Assembly (NCBI RefSeq): GCF_000196355.1
Contig: NC_007614.1
Span: forward strand, 2,760,001-2,792,000
Direction of reading: 5' to 3'
DNA: 32,000 nucleotides
Source of the DNA: Nitrosospira multiformis ATCC 25196
GTDB lineage: Bacteria > Pseudomonadota > Gammaproteobacteria > Burkholderiales > Nitrosomonadaceae
The position numbers and the translations under genes are program-made. Of the stretch, positions 30,393-32,000 are shown piece by piece. The stretch's first letter is position 1; each line of letters starts with the position of its first letter. Below the pieces are notes generated by a model, which was not told the DNA's origin, did no database searches, and was given only the letters and a program-made list of their open reading frames with translations.

Positions 30393-31157
30393 ATGAAACA
30401 GTTGCGAATGATGGGGTTTCTGTCCGCATTGATGGGACTGTGCGGTCTGCTTGTTATTCCCGTTTCACAGGCAGAACCAATGAAGCCTTCCAAGACAATC
30501 AAGACGGAGTATCAGTATGCGGCGAAGGTGGCGTGTTCATTGCTGCTGCCACATCAGGACGGAACATTGGCGCGCGGCACTTATCGCACCACGGTCAACA
30601 TTCATAACCCGAGCGACAAGAAAATCAGCATTGCCGCCAAGGTGGCGCTTGCCGCACAGTTTGGCTCCGAGCCGGGACCGTTTGATGTAACACCTTTCAA
30701 GGAGGCGGTCATTCAGCCGGACGGGGCGGTAGGGGTGAATTGCTTTGATATCGCCAATTACTTTTGCCCGATCGATGGCGTCTGCGTGGATTTCGCCTTT
30801 CTTGAAGGATTCCTGGTCGTGAAAAGCCCGGTGCCTCTGGATGTTGTAGGCGTTTATACCGCTCGCCATACTGATGGAGAAGTCGAATCCATCGACGTGG
30901 ATGCGGTTGCACCCCACAAGGTTCGTGAGACAGTGAGCATAGGCGCAGCGGAATCCGGGAAGCGGGGAACAGGCAAGCGGGTCGATTATCCGCCGAAAGG
31001 AAGCTCGGCGTATGGGGAGAAGGAACCGAAGCAGATGTGCGGTGGCATAGCTGGCTTCCCCTGCCCCGAGGGCAAAAAGTGTGTGGATGATCCTTCAGAC
31101 AATTGCGATCCGGCACGTGGCGGAGCGGATTGCAGTGGCCTCTGTGTAAAACAATGA
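30393..31157 (+). CDS. Secreted protein with C-terminal Cys-rich module, function unknown
   Basis: Strong RBS aaggagg before ATG 30393 (track start is GTG 30387); signal peptide FLSALMGLCGLLVIPVSQAE; C-terminus CGGIAGFPCPEGKKCVDDPSDNCDPARGGADCSGLCVKQ. Confidence 0.75.
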   Translation: MKQLRMMGFLSALMGLCGLLVIPVSQAEPMKPSKTIKTEYQYAAKVACSLLLPHQDGTLARGTYRTTVNIHNPSDKKISIAAKVALAAQFGSEPGPFDVTPFKEAVIQPDGAVGVNCFDIANYFCPIDGVCVDFAFLEGFLVVKSPVPLDVVGVYTARHTDGEVESIDVDAVAPHKVRETVSIGAAESGKRGTGKRVDYPPKGSSAYGEKEPKQMCGGIAGFPCPEGKKCVDDPSDNCDPARGGADCSGLCVKQ

Positions 31158-31343
31158 TTTGAAGTGATCGCGGAAAAGGCGTTTTCCTGGCAGGGGCGAA
31201 TGCGAATTCGTCCCTGTTCAGAGACGGACTGAAATGGGCAAACTATGACTGAATAAACCGTGTTCCCGGAAAAACCGTATCAGTTTGAGTCGCTGTTGGT
31301 GAGTATGCCACCGCTTTATATTAGAGAATCACTGCCCCAGGAT

Positions 31344-31574
31344 TTAGGATTTCTTCTTGCGCCATTCGTCGCCCTCTTTCTCATATTCCTTTTTTACGGC
31401 CGCCCAGGCTACCCTGTGCGCCGTTTCTTCGCGTGAAGCATGGCCCCTGCGCTCATCCGGGTCCTTATACTCATCCCACGCGCTATTGAAAGCGGCTCTG
31501 TATATTTCCTGCGCATGCTTTGGCAGGACATTGGTAACGTTGTCCGGAAGATCTTTCAATGTATCGTATGGCAT
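31344..31574 (-). CDS. chaB: ChaB-family protein (76 aa from ATG 31574)
   Basis: MPYDTLKDLPDNVTNVLPKHAQEIYRAAFNSAWDEYKDPDERRGHASREETAHRVAWAAVKKEYEKEGDEWRKKKS is typical ChaB; the track's longer version to 31766 adds an unsupported N-terminus. Confidence 0.88.
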   Translation of the reverse strand: MPYDTLKDLPDNVTNVLPKHAQEIYRAAFNSAWDEYKDPDERRGHASREETAHRVAWAAVKKEYEKEGDEWRKKKS

Positions 31575-31772
31575 GACGCTTCTCCTGAACCTGGGTTGAA
31601 ATAATGGCATCCGGTTTCGGGTGAAACCAGGATACAAATTCAATATAGCAGGCATGCCGGGGGACGCTGCGAGCACTGATTCGCAGATGTCCGCTCGGTT
31701 TGCGGAATGGAACAAGCAGGAGGGGAGATACAAACAAAAAATGGACTGGCGAGAATACCAACCCATTCAGGG

Positions 31773-31848
31773 TGGTAGCGAATCCCAGATTCGAACTGGG
31801 GACCAACGGATTATGATTCCGCTGCTCTAACCACTGAGCTAATTCGCC
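31773..31848 (-). tRNA. tRNA with CAT anticodon (elongator Met, or Ile2 if lysidine-modified), CCA encoded
   Basis: Reverse complement GGCGAATTAGCTCAGTGGTTAGAGCAGCGGAATCATAATCCGTTGGTCCCCAGTTCGAATCTGGGATTCGCTACCA folds as a 76-nt cloverleaf with GGCGAAT/ATTCGCT acceptor. Confidence 0.93.
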
Positions 31849-32000
31849 ACGTGTTATATGGAAGGTCTGGCATTATGCCTTCGCGCCACATTCCTGTCAA
31901 GATTCGAAATGGCGTCACCAATCCATCCAATTGATTGATTCAATTATAAAAACAGGGGAAGCGTAGCTGTTGTTCATAAATCCAACGAGGCGGAAAACGG

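Noticed and set aside
31621-31830. 69-aa plus ORF near the right end
   Set aside because: Its C-terminal portion runs through the minus-strand tRNA gene; not credible as coding.

Overview
The window looks like a betaproteobacterial chromosome segment, possibly from an ammonia oxidiser of the Nitrosospira type; that taxon guess is an inference from protein flavour only. Positions 1-9.6 kb hold conserved core genes: partial nadK, hrcA, hemH, a DedA-family protein, secF, secD, yajC (interrupted by an in-frame amber codon), tgt, queA and tRNA-Leu(CAA). From about 13.8 kb down to 10.98 kb and from 20.2 kb to 14.1 kb (minus strand) lies a pel-type exopolysaccharide locus in the order pelC-pelD-pelE-pelF-pelG-pelA. 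pelB is on the same strand but detached, at 25.9-29.5 kb. The 5.7-kb gap between pelB and pelC holds a secreted GH114-like endo-alpha-1,4-polygalactosaminidase, a secreted Agd3-like (CE18-type) polysaccharide deacetylase, and an uncharacterised 139-aa secreted protein. These resemble the enzyme pair of the fungal galactosaminogalactan system, embedded in a bacterial Pel locus that also keeps a PelA with its own hydrolase and deacetylase domains. Local rearrangement scars are also visible: a perfect 78-bp in-frame tandem duplication in the GH114 signal region, and a two-part fossil fragment of the CE18-like gene beside pelB. The right end carries a small zinc-ribbon protein, a Cys-rich secreted protein, a ChaB-like protein and a CAT-anticodon tRNA. 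Most antisense ORFs in the supplied track are judged spurious.
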